DNA of 64,000 nt from Selaginella moellendorffii (Eukaryota > Plantae > Lycopodiophyta): NCBI RefSeq assembly GCF_000143415.4, contig NW_003314328.1:249241-313240 (forward strand). The letters run 5' to 3'. Position numbers and translations under genes: made by a program. Shown piece after piece: positions 1 to 12,180 of the stretch. The notes beneath the pieces were generated by a model. The model was not told the origin of the DNA. It ran no database searches and worked only from the letters and a program-made list of their open reading frames with translations. Positions within the stretch are counted from its first letter, which is position 1. Each line of letters begins with the position of its first letter.

Positions 1-453
1 TTGTATAGCCTAGGATAACAAATAGAAGTCTTAACTTGATCATAATCTTTTAGCCTTTCATATTCTCTAGGCCTATAATAACCTCTAGAATGATTATATT
101 CTTTAGGTCAATTATAGTCTGTAAGCCTATTTTCCTCATGGCTAGGTGGATAATCTTAAAATTACCCCTACACAGATAATCCCAATGGTCATCTTGCCTT
201 TCAACATATAAGTATTCACGTTTAATATTTTATAATCATTCTTTTTATGATAACTTCTGTCATCAAATGGATAACTTTGCTTATATATTGTTTTATCAAC
301 TCGGGCTACCTATAAGCCTCCTAGTTATCTAAACAAGATTTTAGACTTCTTAGTTAAATGCCCCTTTTTTTCACAAATTTGGCACTTAATCAATTGGAGT
401 TTGCATTCTTTCTTGCTATGACCTTCAATTTTGCATGTTTTACACCAAATCCT

Positions 454-1265
454 TTATTTAATATTAGTTTGCAATTTGTGACTTCTTAGACGATTGGTTT
501 CTTTGTCTATATGAGTCATCTTTTTGTTTGACTTCACCATATTTACCATGTCATATTGTTTTATGAAATCTTGGTAGGCAATCATGGTTTTTTTCAAGTC
601 ATTGAAATTTGTATAAACTCTTTTTATTACATGTTCACAATAAAATTTTTTGAGGCTTTGTATGTATAAACATAGGCATATTTTTTCTGACACTAAGTCT
701 TTACAATGCTTATAACGCTTGTTGAGTTGAGTTATATATTCCTTGATTATCTCATATTTTCTTTGATGAAGGTTTTGCAACTCATTAAAGTTTTCTTTTG
801 TATTTGTTTCTATAGAGAAAGTTTTAAGGAAAAAATTTATCTACTCATCAAATATGCTAAGCTTTTTGACATCATTATTATAGTATTAATCTTTGGCTTT
901 GTTTTAAGCGTATAGGGGAAAAGATTCTTTTCCTACCTATTTGCTTAATTGAGTTTGATTTCTTTTGTATATTGCTTAATATGCAATTATGAGTCTTCTC
1001 CTTTAATTCCAGAAAATGATAAATATGTGATGACGGTGCTTATTGTTGTTCTTGCAATTGTTATTGTGCTCATTGTAATTTGACAAGGAATGCTTTGTTT
1101 TACAACTAATATAGACAAAACATGTGTTTGGTTTGTAATGGAACTTGGATCACTATTAAAGGGTAAAGGTTGTAAATTTAGCTCTTCTTCCTCTTGTGAG
1201 GAATCACTACAGTTGTTTTGTGTTCCACTACTCTCAATTGAAGCAAAAGCATTTTTATATGCCAA
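454..1265 (-). pseudogene. Degenerate retrotransposon gag-like fragment
   Basis: ORF 454-780 (LHQRKYEIIKEYITQLNKRYKHC...CLCLYIQSL) resembles the retrotransposon gag capsid C-terminal motif; AT-rich, broken-frame context. Confidence 0.35.
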
Positions 1266-1542
1266 TGTTGCGAAGGAGGAGTAACGTATGGATTCATGTA
1301 TTCTGAATGACCATCAAAATCGTATTGGGATTTTTTATTTTTTCTTTGTTGAGGTGTACTTAATATGCTTTTAGTTCATTCTCTTTCAAGTTTTTTTCTA
1401 GCTTGGTTGAGCAATGATTTAGTTTGTTCTGAAAAGAGGATAAGATCGCGAATATTACGAGCAAGTGCTCTATAATTTTGTTCTAGATCTTATGAATACT
1501 TCTTTTCAAATTGCCTTCCACTTATCATATTGTGAGGGAAAT

Positions 1543-2222
1543 TATAGTGCATGTGATCATAGAATAAGATTTGGATATATTGTTACGGTGGATCCTTGGA
1601 ACCTTAGAGGATAAATGGGGATAAAATAGCTACTAAAGGCTCTCTCATCAAACAATTGCCCCTTTTCCAGTTGGTTTAAAGGGAGAGAGATATGGTGCAT
1701 TACATGTGGTATCGGAGCAAATGGCACAGGTTTTATTCCTATTGATTAGTGGCTACTTAAAAATATAATATACCCTTGAGCAAGGTATATTCCTACCCTG
1801 AAATTTGAAATTGTACATATTAAGCATCCATGCGTATGTCCTTCCTCTTGTGTGGAGTATTCATAGATGAAGGTTTTCGCTGTGGGATTGCGGTACGGGA
1901 TTAGTTCCCTCACATGGAATAGCTAATCTACATAATGAAAGGATTGGTAAATTCAATGCAAAAATGAAGATGCTAGTTCCCCTTGGTTCAGTAGGGGTTG
2001 CTAGTCAATAGTCAATAAGGACATTAACTTTTTTCAATGGGGGGGGGGGGGGGGGGTGAGTGTAGCGCATGTGATTATAGGATGAGATTTGAATATACTG
2101 TCACCGTGGATCCTTGGAACCTTAAGGGATAAGTGGGGATAAAATAGCCATTAAGGGCTCTCTTATCAAACAATTGCCCCGTTTCCAATTGGTTTAAGTG
2201 GAGAGAGATAGAGTGCATTACA
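1543..2222 (+). mobile_element. TRIM (terminal-repeat retrotransposon in miniature), ~680 bp
   Basis: Two 162-bp direct repeats (1543-1704 and 2061-2222, both ending ...TGCATTACA). tRNAiMet-type PBS TGGTATCGGAGC at 1707-1718. Poly-G PPT just before the second repeat. No internal ORF; no TSD found. Confidence 0.8.
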
Positions 2223-2299
2223 TGTGTTGTGACTATATTGAGCATTTGGATACAATAGAAATTTGTTATAACAACACATTTCACAGCACTATTGATTGT

Positions 2300-4497
2300 T
2301 CTTCATAGGAGATGTTGCAAGGAAATGCTTGTGGAGTGCCTCAACAGATTGTTGTACCAAAACCAATGTTCGAAGTGTTAGTCCCAGCCATTGAGACTTA
2401 TACGGAGCAACTATGCCAAGGTTGGTCTAGAGCTACTGAAGCGATGGGCAAAGCTCAGGATAGGTATCGACATGATAAGGATTAGCATTGTTGGGATGTA
2501 TCTTATCAAGTGGGAAATCAAGTGTGGCTATCTTCCCGGAACTTAAACATTAATGGATCTTCATCTTGGAAGCTGTTACCGAGATATGGTGGACTCTATC
2601 AAGTGTTGAAACGAATTGGTGATATATCCTATTGGTTGAATCTTCTTGTGGAAATGTCCAATATTCATAATGTATTTCATGCCAATCTATTGGCTCCTTA
2701 CACTATGGATGTTGTGCAATATGGGGAAATTTGTCTGCCACTAGACATTGTGGATGGTGAACTAGAATATGAAGTTGAAACTATCTTGGATTCCCAATTT
2801 TGAAGACGAGCTCGTGTGATGGAATGTCTAGTTAAGTGGAAAGGTTACCTGACTTGTGAATCAACTTGGGAACCTCTTAGGAATCTTACACATGCTCATA
2901 AGCTTGTCATGGAGTATGAGAATAGTAATAAAGACTAGCTTTTGTAAACTTTGTAATAAATCTTGCAAATTAATAAAATAATACATTTCTATAAATCAAA
3001 GTTTCATCTCTCTCGTTTGTTTGTACTTGGGTCAGTTTTGGCAGGCTAACTTTGGCACTTCAATGTATGGGTCCAATCCATAACCATGGTTATAATTATT
3101 ATAGATTGATCACAAGTCCCCACCTCTCTCTCAATGACTTATTTTTTAAAAAGGGTGTGGTCGTGTAAACAACTTAATCTACCAGTTTATAATAATTGTC
3201 TAAATCTTCCTGACGGGTTGATTTCTTGCTCAGGGGAAGTTAGGCCTCTAGCCTTCTCCCTATGTCCCTATGGGTAGGGATGTATCATTCTTTTGTAAGC
3301 CGAGTGGTACTCGGAGCAGCAAGGGTGGCTAACTCCATTAGTTATTTCTTTGTCATCGATGGTTGGAGGGTGTCTAAATCTTTGGACATAAAAGGGAGGT
3401 AGTTTCATAACTCATTTAAGTCGGTGTGTTTCCCATATAGTGTGCTTTCCGTTAACTTTCGGAGTTCTTTCCTTGATAGTTTGTTAAACTCGGGTATGCA
3501 TTGATGAGGACATCAATTTTCCCCAAAGGGGGGAGAGTGTCGGGAATATGACTTCGGGGATCGAAAGATACTTGTTGGCCAATCCTTACGGACACTCTTT
3601 CGTTACTGCCATGATGGCAAGAGGTCGGTACAATTGGATCCCTTTAGTAGCCCCTCTTGTGCTAGTGGAGTTAATTTAACATTTCGAGTGTACTTAGACC
3701 TAACGAGCATAAGAACAGAATTCCTACATGCTATTAGCTAAGCACTTAGCCTAGTAAGGAGTTCCCGTTTCGTTATGTCTTGCATTGGCTAGTAACAAGA
3801 ACCCTTGCATATTGAGACTAGTCCCTCAATATTGCTAAATGATAGTTTACTATGTTTGCTAAACACCCTTGCTATCATGCCCTTTGTGTTAGTCTCATTT
3901 TGGTCCCAAATGCTAATTATGGAAAGTGTCTAGATTTGTTCATTTGGCATATCTACAGAATGTAGAGATTATCTTGAACACTATAGTGTTTGTTCCATGT
4001 TCAAATTCGCAATTTAGGGACATTCTATATTTAATAATTTTCAAGCTTGTCCTAGAGACTAACTCCTTGTAATAAAGGAGACTTGGGCTGAAAGCCCAAA
4101 GCATGTGTTCCTCAAGGGGGGTGGCTATGGGGAGTTCCAAATATATAGTAGGGATAGTGGTTAGAATGCATGTCTAACCACTTGAAACATTAGTTTGGCT
4201 CCCACTAGGTTGTATTGCTCCTTGTTCTGCGTCCGGCTTGGGTCTAAACCTAAACACCATGCTACTCTAGTTGGTGGGGTACCCTCCTCCTCGCATTAAG
4301 CCACCGGTATGCCAAAATTGTGCCAAACACTATCTGACACCATTTTGCGTGTAGGTGCTGGATACGAGGAGCTGGTGCTCATGGGATTGTACTGGACCCT
4401 CATTTCGTAGTGCAATGGGCTTGGAGTTCGGCTCCAAATTCAAGTGCGTTATAGAAATGTTGTATATCTATTCCCTTATTCGGTATAGATAGTGACA
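2300..4497 (+). mobile_element. 3' fragment of a Ty3/gypsy chromovirus (integrase C-terminus, chromodomain, PPT, probable 3' LTR)
   Basis: KLLPRYGGLYQVLKRIG (GPY/F-like), IHNVFHANLL and EYEVETILDS...LVKWKGY...STWEP (chromodomain), with stops. PPT AAAGGGGGGAGAG precedes TGTC at 3538; candidate LTR end GTGACA at 4497. Confidence 0.7.
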
Positions 4498-4499
4498 AT

Positions 4500-7248
4500 T
4501 TTATACATAAAGATTATGCCCTCTAAAGCTTTATAGGTAAGATAAATTGTTGGTCTATACCTATATATTTCGAAGTCTATTAGTGGTTGCTACTATGTGA
4601 AGCTTAATTATTATGCCTCGTTTGTGGAGTGAGTGGTACAAGGCTTTGGTATGCAATGTATTCCCTTTGTAAATTAGCCTATTAGTTACTCTTAAGAGTA
4701 AGTACCAAGCTTTCAAAATGGGGTTGGCTTTCCTTTAGAGACTAAATGTTTAGAACATTTCTTATATGAAAGTCTCAAAAATTTCTCGAACAATAAATAT
4801 TGTTTTTCACAGCATATCTATCTTACTCATATGTGATCCACCTTAAGAGATTTTTACTCCACAAAATTTTGTTACCTATCAATCTAGATTTGGAATTAAT
4901 CCAACGTCTATAAGCCTAATTATTACCAAATATATTTCTGCCTATTGCATAAAATTGTAGTAATTGTCTAATAGGAAGAATTTTATAAATCCTTTATAGG
5001 TTATAATACTCAAGATTTGCATCTAGCTCAAATAAGTAGACTATTTTTCTATCTAGGAAGAATTCTGATACTTTCTTTTTATATAGGTAACTCCACAAAT
5101 ATAAATCTCACTTACACTCACATTCTTTGACAATAGTAAAGGTACCAGGAGTTATAGTTTTGTATATCTTGAGTAGAATTTTGTTAAGTATCTTATTAGG
5201 TAATTCATCAAATTGTTTAAACAATTTTGTTAAATCTATCATTCGTTAGCCTAGCTAGGCACACAAGATATTTTAGTTTTTATTTTCTTATACTTTTACC
5301 TAGTGACACAAAGTGCAAATCAACTAACTTCCATCTAGGTCTATAAGCAAAATATATCTTCTGATAAATGTGATACATTGTATATAAAGATTCTTCTTTT
5401 GTCTACTCTAATTCCCCTATTCAACTTCTATCAGGTCAATGGAGGATTGTTAATTCTCAATCTTTCCACCTAGATGTGCAAAAGATCCTTCCCTTTCTTT
5501 TCATACCTAGTATGGTTAAGATTAATTCAGTATATGGTCTTTGGCGCGTGATAGCCAATTCTAGAGTAACTTGCCTACTTCATCTGGTTTATAACCAATT
5601 TTGCCTTTACAACTATGAAATTAGAAAGAGTGGCCTATTATTCTTAGCAAATTTTAAACAAATTGGATCAATACTAAGGGCTAATTTGAATAGGGCATGG
5701 AAACCATTCCATGAAATTGCCTAATGGAATCAACACAAGAGTCAAATTGTCTCGCACATAATAGTTTATTCTAGATCAATTTACTTGTGGAATGATGTTA
5801 GATAATTTTTCAAATATGTGATAGTTAATTTATGGAAGACTTTGTTCAAATCTAGACAAAAATTTCTTTTCAAGGCAAATTTTTCTATAACTTCTTCACT
5901 AACTGGTAGTTATAGTTAATACAAGTCTTTTCTTAAGCTTGTATAATACATTTTTGAGTTTTGCAATGTATTTCAAAAATTCTGGGACTATTTGAAGCGA
6001 TTTCACCTTTTTAAACAAAACACTTTTCTAATATCTATAAATTTTTTCTAGTTCTTTAGATATCAAAGTGACGGTAGCAATGTCTCTAAGACTAATGCCT
6101 ACACTTAATAACAAACTCTACAGCTCTCTATTCTGTGTTTATAGCGTGAAGCCTCTCGACTACTTCGTCTAGCAAAAACTCAATTAGCACACAGCGTGAT
6201 CTCTATGTTCCAAATATAAATGGAAATTGAGCTACAACTCTTACTAGAGTATTTGTATAATTTTGGTTCATGCCCTGTAAAGGGTGTTTCACACTTAAAA
6301 TAGTAAGTATTTCCTTTAGCAATTGAGTGTGGAAGGTGGATTTTCACACCTATTCACTTATATATTTGCTTTTTATCTATGCCTCACTTTAAGGGATATA
6401 GGGTGCATTTCATGTGATTGCCTTTGATTCTTCTCTATAGGCCTAGATGTGATATAAGTGTCTTAAAATTTATAAAAAAATAACACCTTTTACATTGAGT
6501 AGTATTTGTAAGCTCTCTATCTATATAAGATGAGCCTTGATTAATTCACTTATATGTACTATATGTAGAGTAGTTTGAATGATTAGAGTGGTTTATGTTA
6601 ATCATTTCCAAATTTTTGACTTATGAGTCTTGCTCGAGTTTTATAAACTCTTGCAATACACATAGGAGACTTAGACTCAATATAAATCTACTTTTAAACT
6701 ATATATGAGTAGTAGTCCAAGATAAAGGGCCCTAAATCAAAGCCTTGGGACAGCATAATGTTTTAATATTGATTCTGCCTTTGTCAAATCTTTATAAAAT
6801 TTGGGTAAATAATTCCCTAATTTGTTCTTCACTAAAGTTGACTTTAGCTCTCTTTAAGTTGGAGTCGAAGACAAAAGTTACAGATGCCCAATTTTTCTTT
6901 TTGTATATGCCTAGAAAAATTGTAACATACTGTTGAAAAGTGTGTCCTTTAAAAACTTAAATGAGAACTTATTCAGAACAAAAAAATTCTAGAGTAGTTG
7001 ATTGTGTTTTCCATATCAAACAAACTCTATTCCTTTTTCTTTTGGATTTTTCTCAAGAAATTATTAGCAAAACAATTTAAACTTGAGTTTCTTAGCAATG
7101 TATGCCATACTTCAATTTCAAACTCGTCCCATACTCTATCGCTTTGGTGACAGTTGAAAAATTATATTTCTTGAGTTATTTGGGCATTAAACCACTATAA
7201 TCACAAAAAGAACTTTTTCATTTAGTATTCTCTAATCTTGTGGCCTTT
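4500..7248. mobile_element. Highly degenerate AT-rich repeat/TE sequence, unclassified
   Basis: No intact ORF; low GC; lies between recognisable TEs and hosts the 7254 insertion. Confidence 0.3.
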
Positions 7249-7253
7249 GCAAT

Positions 7254-7588
7254 TGTCATGAATCCCCCAATTCTTGCCACATTCCTAACTCTCGCCGAAT
7301 TCCTGACCTGCAGACCACATTCCTGACTCTCGAGACACTTCCTGATTCCTGAGTCTCGAGCCACATTCCTAATGATGATGTGGCGCCTCCTCGACCTCAG
7401 CTATATTTAGGCCGTCCTCGATCCAAGAGTGGTGGAGCTTCATCAACCTATAGTATATATAGGTTAGCCTTGTTCCATTTCTCCATAATCTGAATCAACG
7501 CCAGTCTAAGGCCTTTTCTTTGTTTCCACTAGCTTTTCTCTTTGTCTTTTTGCATTTTCCAGTCTTGATCTTGTCAGGGGTCTTGATA
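7254..7588 (+). repeat. 5' LTR
   Basis: Near-identical to 11820-12180; starts TG; TATA-like TATATATA at ~7454. Confidence 0.95.
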
Positions 7589-7671
7589 GTTTGATTCAGA
7601 TTGTGTTTTTTCGTTTTTTGATTCAGCTCGTTTTGATTGTTTGATTACCTTTGCCTTTTTTTTTCCCCCTG

Positions 7672-8077
7672 TGTCAAGGATTTGTTGCTCACCATGGAGG
7701 ATCCCAAGGACTTGTCGGATGCCATCAACAAAGCTGTTCGATGTGATAATTGCCTCTTTGAACGTCGTCATAAAAGTCGCCGCGCCACTGTTTTTCCGTC
7801 CCAGACTTAGAAATCCTAGCTTGAGTCTTCGGGGCATACTCCTGAACCTACTGCTCCAGTTCCGATGGATATTTCTGGTACTCCCTGACTCATTAGAGGG
7901 AAGTTGAGTCCTACTGAGAAGAAACGTTAAATATCTCATAATCTTTGCCTCTATTGTGCTGATCCTAATCACAAAGCAGCTGTATGTCCCAAGAAGCTTC
8001 CTCGACTGCTCGAGTTCACTTTACCTCAAAGTCCACCTCTATTGCAGTCGGGAAACGACCCTGTCCAAACAGAGTAG
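7672..8077 (+). pseudogene. Truncated gag (capsid C-terminus plus zinc knuckle)
   Basis: VKDLLLTMEDPKDLSDAINKAVRCDNCLFERR, PMDI and CLYCADPNHKAAVC (Cx2Cx4Hx4C). Internal stops; N-terminal part absent. Confidence 0.75.
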
Positions 8078-8134
8078 GAGCTGTCTGTTTGGACTCCCCG
8101 AATAAAAATCACTTTTCTTCTTTATCAAGCTCCT
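8050..8134 (+). promoter_or_regulatory. -1 ribosomal frameshift signal (G GGA AAC slippery site plus pseudoknot)
   Basis: The heptamer at 8050-8056 is in the gag frame and pol is in the -1 frame. 11-bp stem GTCCAAACAGA/TCTGTTTGGAC follows; loop AGGAGCT is complementary to AGCTCCT at 8128-8134. Confidence 0.8.
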
Positions 8135-11100
8135 CACCACCTTTCATCAAAGCCACCACCAATTCCCGCAACTTCCGTGTCCTATGTCTCCTTTCTTTCA
8201 CCGGACAATCAGGACTCAAGGCTCTGGCGTTACTAGACTCGGGTGCAACTTCCTGCTTCATGGACACGGACTTTGCTGCCCGACATCACGTTCCTCTTTC
8301 TCCTACCATATGGGATTTGAGGGTTGAAGGCATCGGCGGGCATTTTGTGTCTCCATCTTCTGGACTTAGGGAAACGTTGCCCGTTCGAGTACACATCGGG
8401 TCCACCGTCACCGATATCGCCTTCAACATCATCAACAGCAAGTCCTCCTCTGTGGTGCTCGGTCTTCCTTGGTTCCAACTACATCAGCCTCAGATCTGTT
8501 GGAAGGAATTACAGCTCATCTCTCCCACGGCTTCCCCTGCTGTTCATCGAGTCCGAATCAGGAAATGTTCCCTAAACTCAAATTGGGGTTCTGTTCCTGA
8601 CTCTATAAAGTTTTCACCCTCTTCTTTTTCCTCTCTTCCATCTTACACTGGACCGTATCCTCATCTCATCATTCCATTTAGTCGTACGCCTCCTCCTATC
8701 TCCACAATCACTATGAAAAAACTCCTTCATGAAGAACCTCTTTTTCTTTTTGCTTTACATGTTTCTCCTGTCAGTCTTCCTGAGAAGTATCATGATTTTA
8801 GGGATGTGTTTGACAAGAAAAAAGCTAGTGTACTGCCTGTTCATCGGCCTTATGATTGTCCCATTGATTTACAGGAAGGAGCATCACCTCCGTAGGGGCC
8901 TATCTACGGGTTATCCCCATTCGAGCTTAAGGCCCTCAAAGAGTACGTGGATGAGAACCTTGCCTCGGGCTACATTCAGCATTCGCAATCCCCGGCTGGA
9001 GCGCCTGTCTTCTTTGTCAAGAAGAAGGATGGGAGCTTGCAGTTAGTCATTGACTACCGAGGTTTGAACAAGGTGACTGATCGGAACCGTTATCCGCTGC
9101 CCCTGATCTCGGACCTGTTGGAACGCCTCGGTGGTGCCCGCTTCTTCACCAAGATCGACCTCCGTGGAGCATACAACCTGATCCGGATCCGGCCTGGTGA
9201 TGAATGGAAGACTGCGTTCCGAACTCGCTATGGCCATTTCAAGTACACTGTCATGCCATTTGGCTTGACAAATGCTCCAGCAGTTTTCCAACACATGGCG
9301 AACGACGTCTTTCGGGAGTTTCTTGATCAGATGGTGATCGTCTACCTCGATGACATCCTCATCTACTCAAAAACTCAGGAGGAGCATGACGAACATGTAC
9401 GCAAGGTGCTAGCGAAGCTGCGAGAACACGGCCTATACGCAAAGCTTGAGAAACGTTCCTTTGATCAGCAGTCTGTGGAGTTCCTTGGGTACATTGTCAC
9501 TCCTGAGGGTATCACGATGGATCCTGCCAAAGTCAAGACTATTCTCGAATGGGAGCCTCCACAATCAATGTCAGACGTTCAGGTTTTCCTTGGCTTCGCC
9601 AACTTCTACCGCAAATTCATTGATCACTACTCTGACATTGTCCTTCCTCTCACACATCTCACTCGCAAGGATGTTCCCTTCTCTTGGTCTGCTGTTGCCC
9701 AGCAAGCCTTCGACACACTCAAGGCGGCCTTCAGTTCTGCTCCTATCTTGATCCATGCTGATTCCTCACAACCTTTCTTCATCGAGGCTGACGCCTCCGA
9801 CTTTGCCATTGGTGTTGTGCTGTCTCAACTCGGAGCGGATCACAAACTTCATCCGGTCGCTTTCCATTCTCGGAAATTCCAGCCTGTGGAGATCAATTAC
9901 AAAATCCACGACAAGGAGCTCCTTGCCATCGTGGATTCCTTTGGAGAGTGGCACCGTTTCTTGGAGGGGGCGAGCCATCAAACAATAGTCTAGACGGATC
10001 ACAAAAATCTCGAGTACTTTGCCACTTCCCGAGTTTTAAGCCGTCGTCAAGCAAGGTGGGCACAATTCCTGAGTCGGTTTGACTTTGTTATCAAGTACAG
10101 ACCTGGAAAGTTTTAAGGCCTTCCTGATGCTCTTTCAAGGCGCTCCTATCTCAGTCTCAGGCCTGGTAATCCTGCCTTCGATCAATAGGATCAAGTTATC
10201 CTCGGTCCTGATCGGCTTCAAGTTATAGCAATTTCCCTGGCCCCTCAGGACTCCTCCTTGATGGATGCAATCAGAAATGATCTTCAATCCGATGATCTCG
10301 CTAGCGACATCTTCCCCCATCTTCAGGCTGGACACCCAGTGACTCCCGACTGCCGCCGATTTGACGAGTTCGAGTTCTTAGATGGCTTATTGTACCGTGG
10401 GGAGCAGCTTTACGTTCCTGAAGGTGATGCTCGAAGGTTGGTCCTGATGGCGTGCCACGATAGCCCGACTGCTGGTCACTTCGACATTGCGAAAACCTAT
10501 GAGCTAATTGCACGGGACTTTTGGTGGCCTCACATGGACGACTACATCAAAGCTTTTGTTACCTCCTGTGACACTTGTGCCCGGAATAAGGTACCTCGCC
10601 ACCTTCCTTCAGGTTTGCTTCGTTCCCTTCCGGTCCCTTTAGGTCCTTGGGAATCCATCTCCATGGATTTCTTGAGTGATCTTTCGAGTTCTGGAGGCTT
10701 CAACAGCATTTTAGTCGTGGTGGATCGCTTCACAAAGATGGCGCACTTCTTGCCATGTACCAAGGAGTTTTCGGGCGAGGACATGGCAAAACTGGTATTC
10801 AGGGAAATTTTCCGACTTCATGGGATTCCTACAGATGTGGTTTCGGATCGGGGGCCTCAGTTCATCTCTCATTTTTGGCAACAGTTTTTGCAGCTGCTTG
10901 GAGTGAAGGCCAACCTCTCTTTGGCATATCATCCTCAAACTGATGGGCAGTCCGAGCGAACGATTCAGATGTTGGAACAATTCTTGAGGTGCTTCATCAA
11001 CTATCATCAGGATAACTGGTTCGATATCCTTCCCCTTGCTGAGTTCTCCTATAACAACTCTGTTCACTCCTCTCTTTGAGTTTCCCCCTTCTTTGCGAAC

Positions 11101-11808
11101 TCTGGCCGAAATCCCCGATTCAATCTCTCACTTCCTTCTCCATCTGAATCCTCTCGTTCAAATCCCCGCTCTGAGGCATTTATCTCCAACCTCCAGGAAA
11201 TCCACAAATCCATCTCCTTCCACCTCCATCGTGCTCAGGAATCTCATAAAACATTTGCCAATGTCCATCGTCAGGATTGTCCCCCTTACAATATCGGGGA
11301 TAAAGTCTGGCTCCTCAGGCGAAATATCTCCACCACCAGGCCCTGTCCAAAACTTGATTTCAAACGCCTTGGTCTTTTCCCTATCACTGCCATCATTAAT
11401 CTTGTGACTTATCACCTTGCACTTCCCTCCTCATGTCAAATTCACCCCGTTTTTCACTCCTCTCTCCTTGAGCCTTATATTCCCAGTCCTATTCCAAATC
11501 AGGTCATTCCTCCGTCTCCACCAGTGCAGCTCGAGGATGGGTCTGAGTACGAGGTTTAGGACATCCTTGATTCCAAGATTTCACGGTCTAAACTCTACTA
11601 TCTGGTGGAATGGAAGGGTTACGGACCTGAGGACTGCACTTGAGAACCTGCGGACAACCTGATTCATTCTCCTGACCTTGTTCAGGACTTCCACTGCCGC
11701 TATCCTTCTCATCCTAGTCCTCATTCTTTTTCTCCATCTCCCATCCCTCGCCACTCATCTCATCCTCCTCTTCGTTCTCGTTCACATCCTCGTTCCACTC
11801 GTTCTTGA
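8050..11808 (+). pseudogene. pol (protease, RT, RNase H, integrase, chromodomain) with in-frame stops
   Basis: LLDSGATS, YLDDILI, EADASDFAIG, H-H-C-C zinc finger, SDRGPQF and YLVEWKGYG motifs in one frame, interrupted by ~7 stops (e.g. 8893, 9991, 11077, 11641). Confidence 0.95.
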
Positions 11809-11819
11809 GGAGGGGGTGC

Positions 11820-12180
11820 TATCAGGAATCCCCTAATTCTTGCCACATTCCTAACTCTCGCCGGATTCCTGACCTGCAGACCACATTCCTGACTCTTGAG
11901 ACACTTCCCTATTCCTGACTCTCGAGACACTTCTCGATTCCTGAGTCACGAGCCACATTCCTGATGATGATGTGGCGCCTCCTCGACCTCAGCTATATTT
12001 AGGCCGTCCTCGATCCAAGAGTGGTGGAGCTTCATTAACCTATAGTATATATAGGTTAGCCTTGTTTCATTTCTCCACAATCTGAATCAACGCCAGTCTA
12101 AGGCCTTTTCTTTGTTTCCACTAGCTTTTCTCTTTGTCTTTTTGCATTTTCCAGTCTTGATCTTGTCAAGGGTCTTGACA
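11820..12180 (+). repeat. 3' LTR
   Basis: Matches the 5' LTR with about a dozen substitutions plus one extra ~25-bp ATTCCTGACTCTCGAGACACTT unit; ends CA. Confidence 0.95.

Larger units (their letters stand above)
7254..12180 (+). mobile_element. TSD-flanked but inactivated Ty3/gypsy chromovirus (Tcn1/Tf1-like)
   Basis: LTRs at 7254-7588 and 11820-12180; TSD GCAAT at 7249-7253 and 12181-12185. PPT GAGGAGGGGG precedes the 3' LTR. Domain order is gag(CCHC)-PR-RT-RH-IN-chromodomain. Confidence 0.96.
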
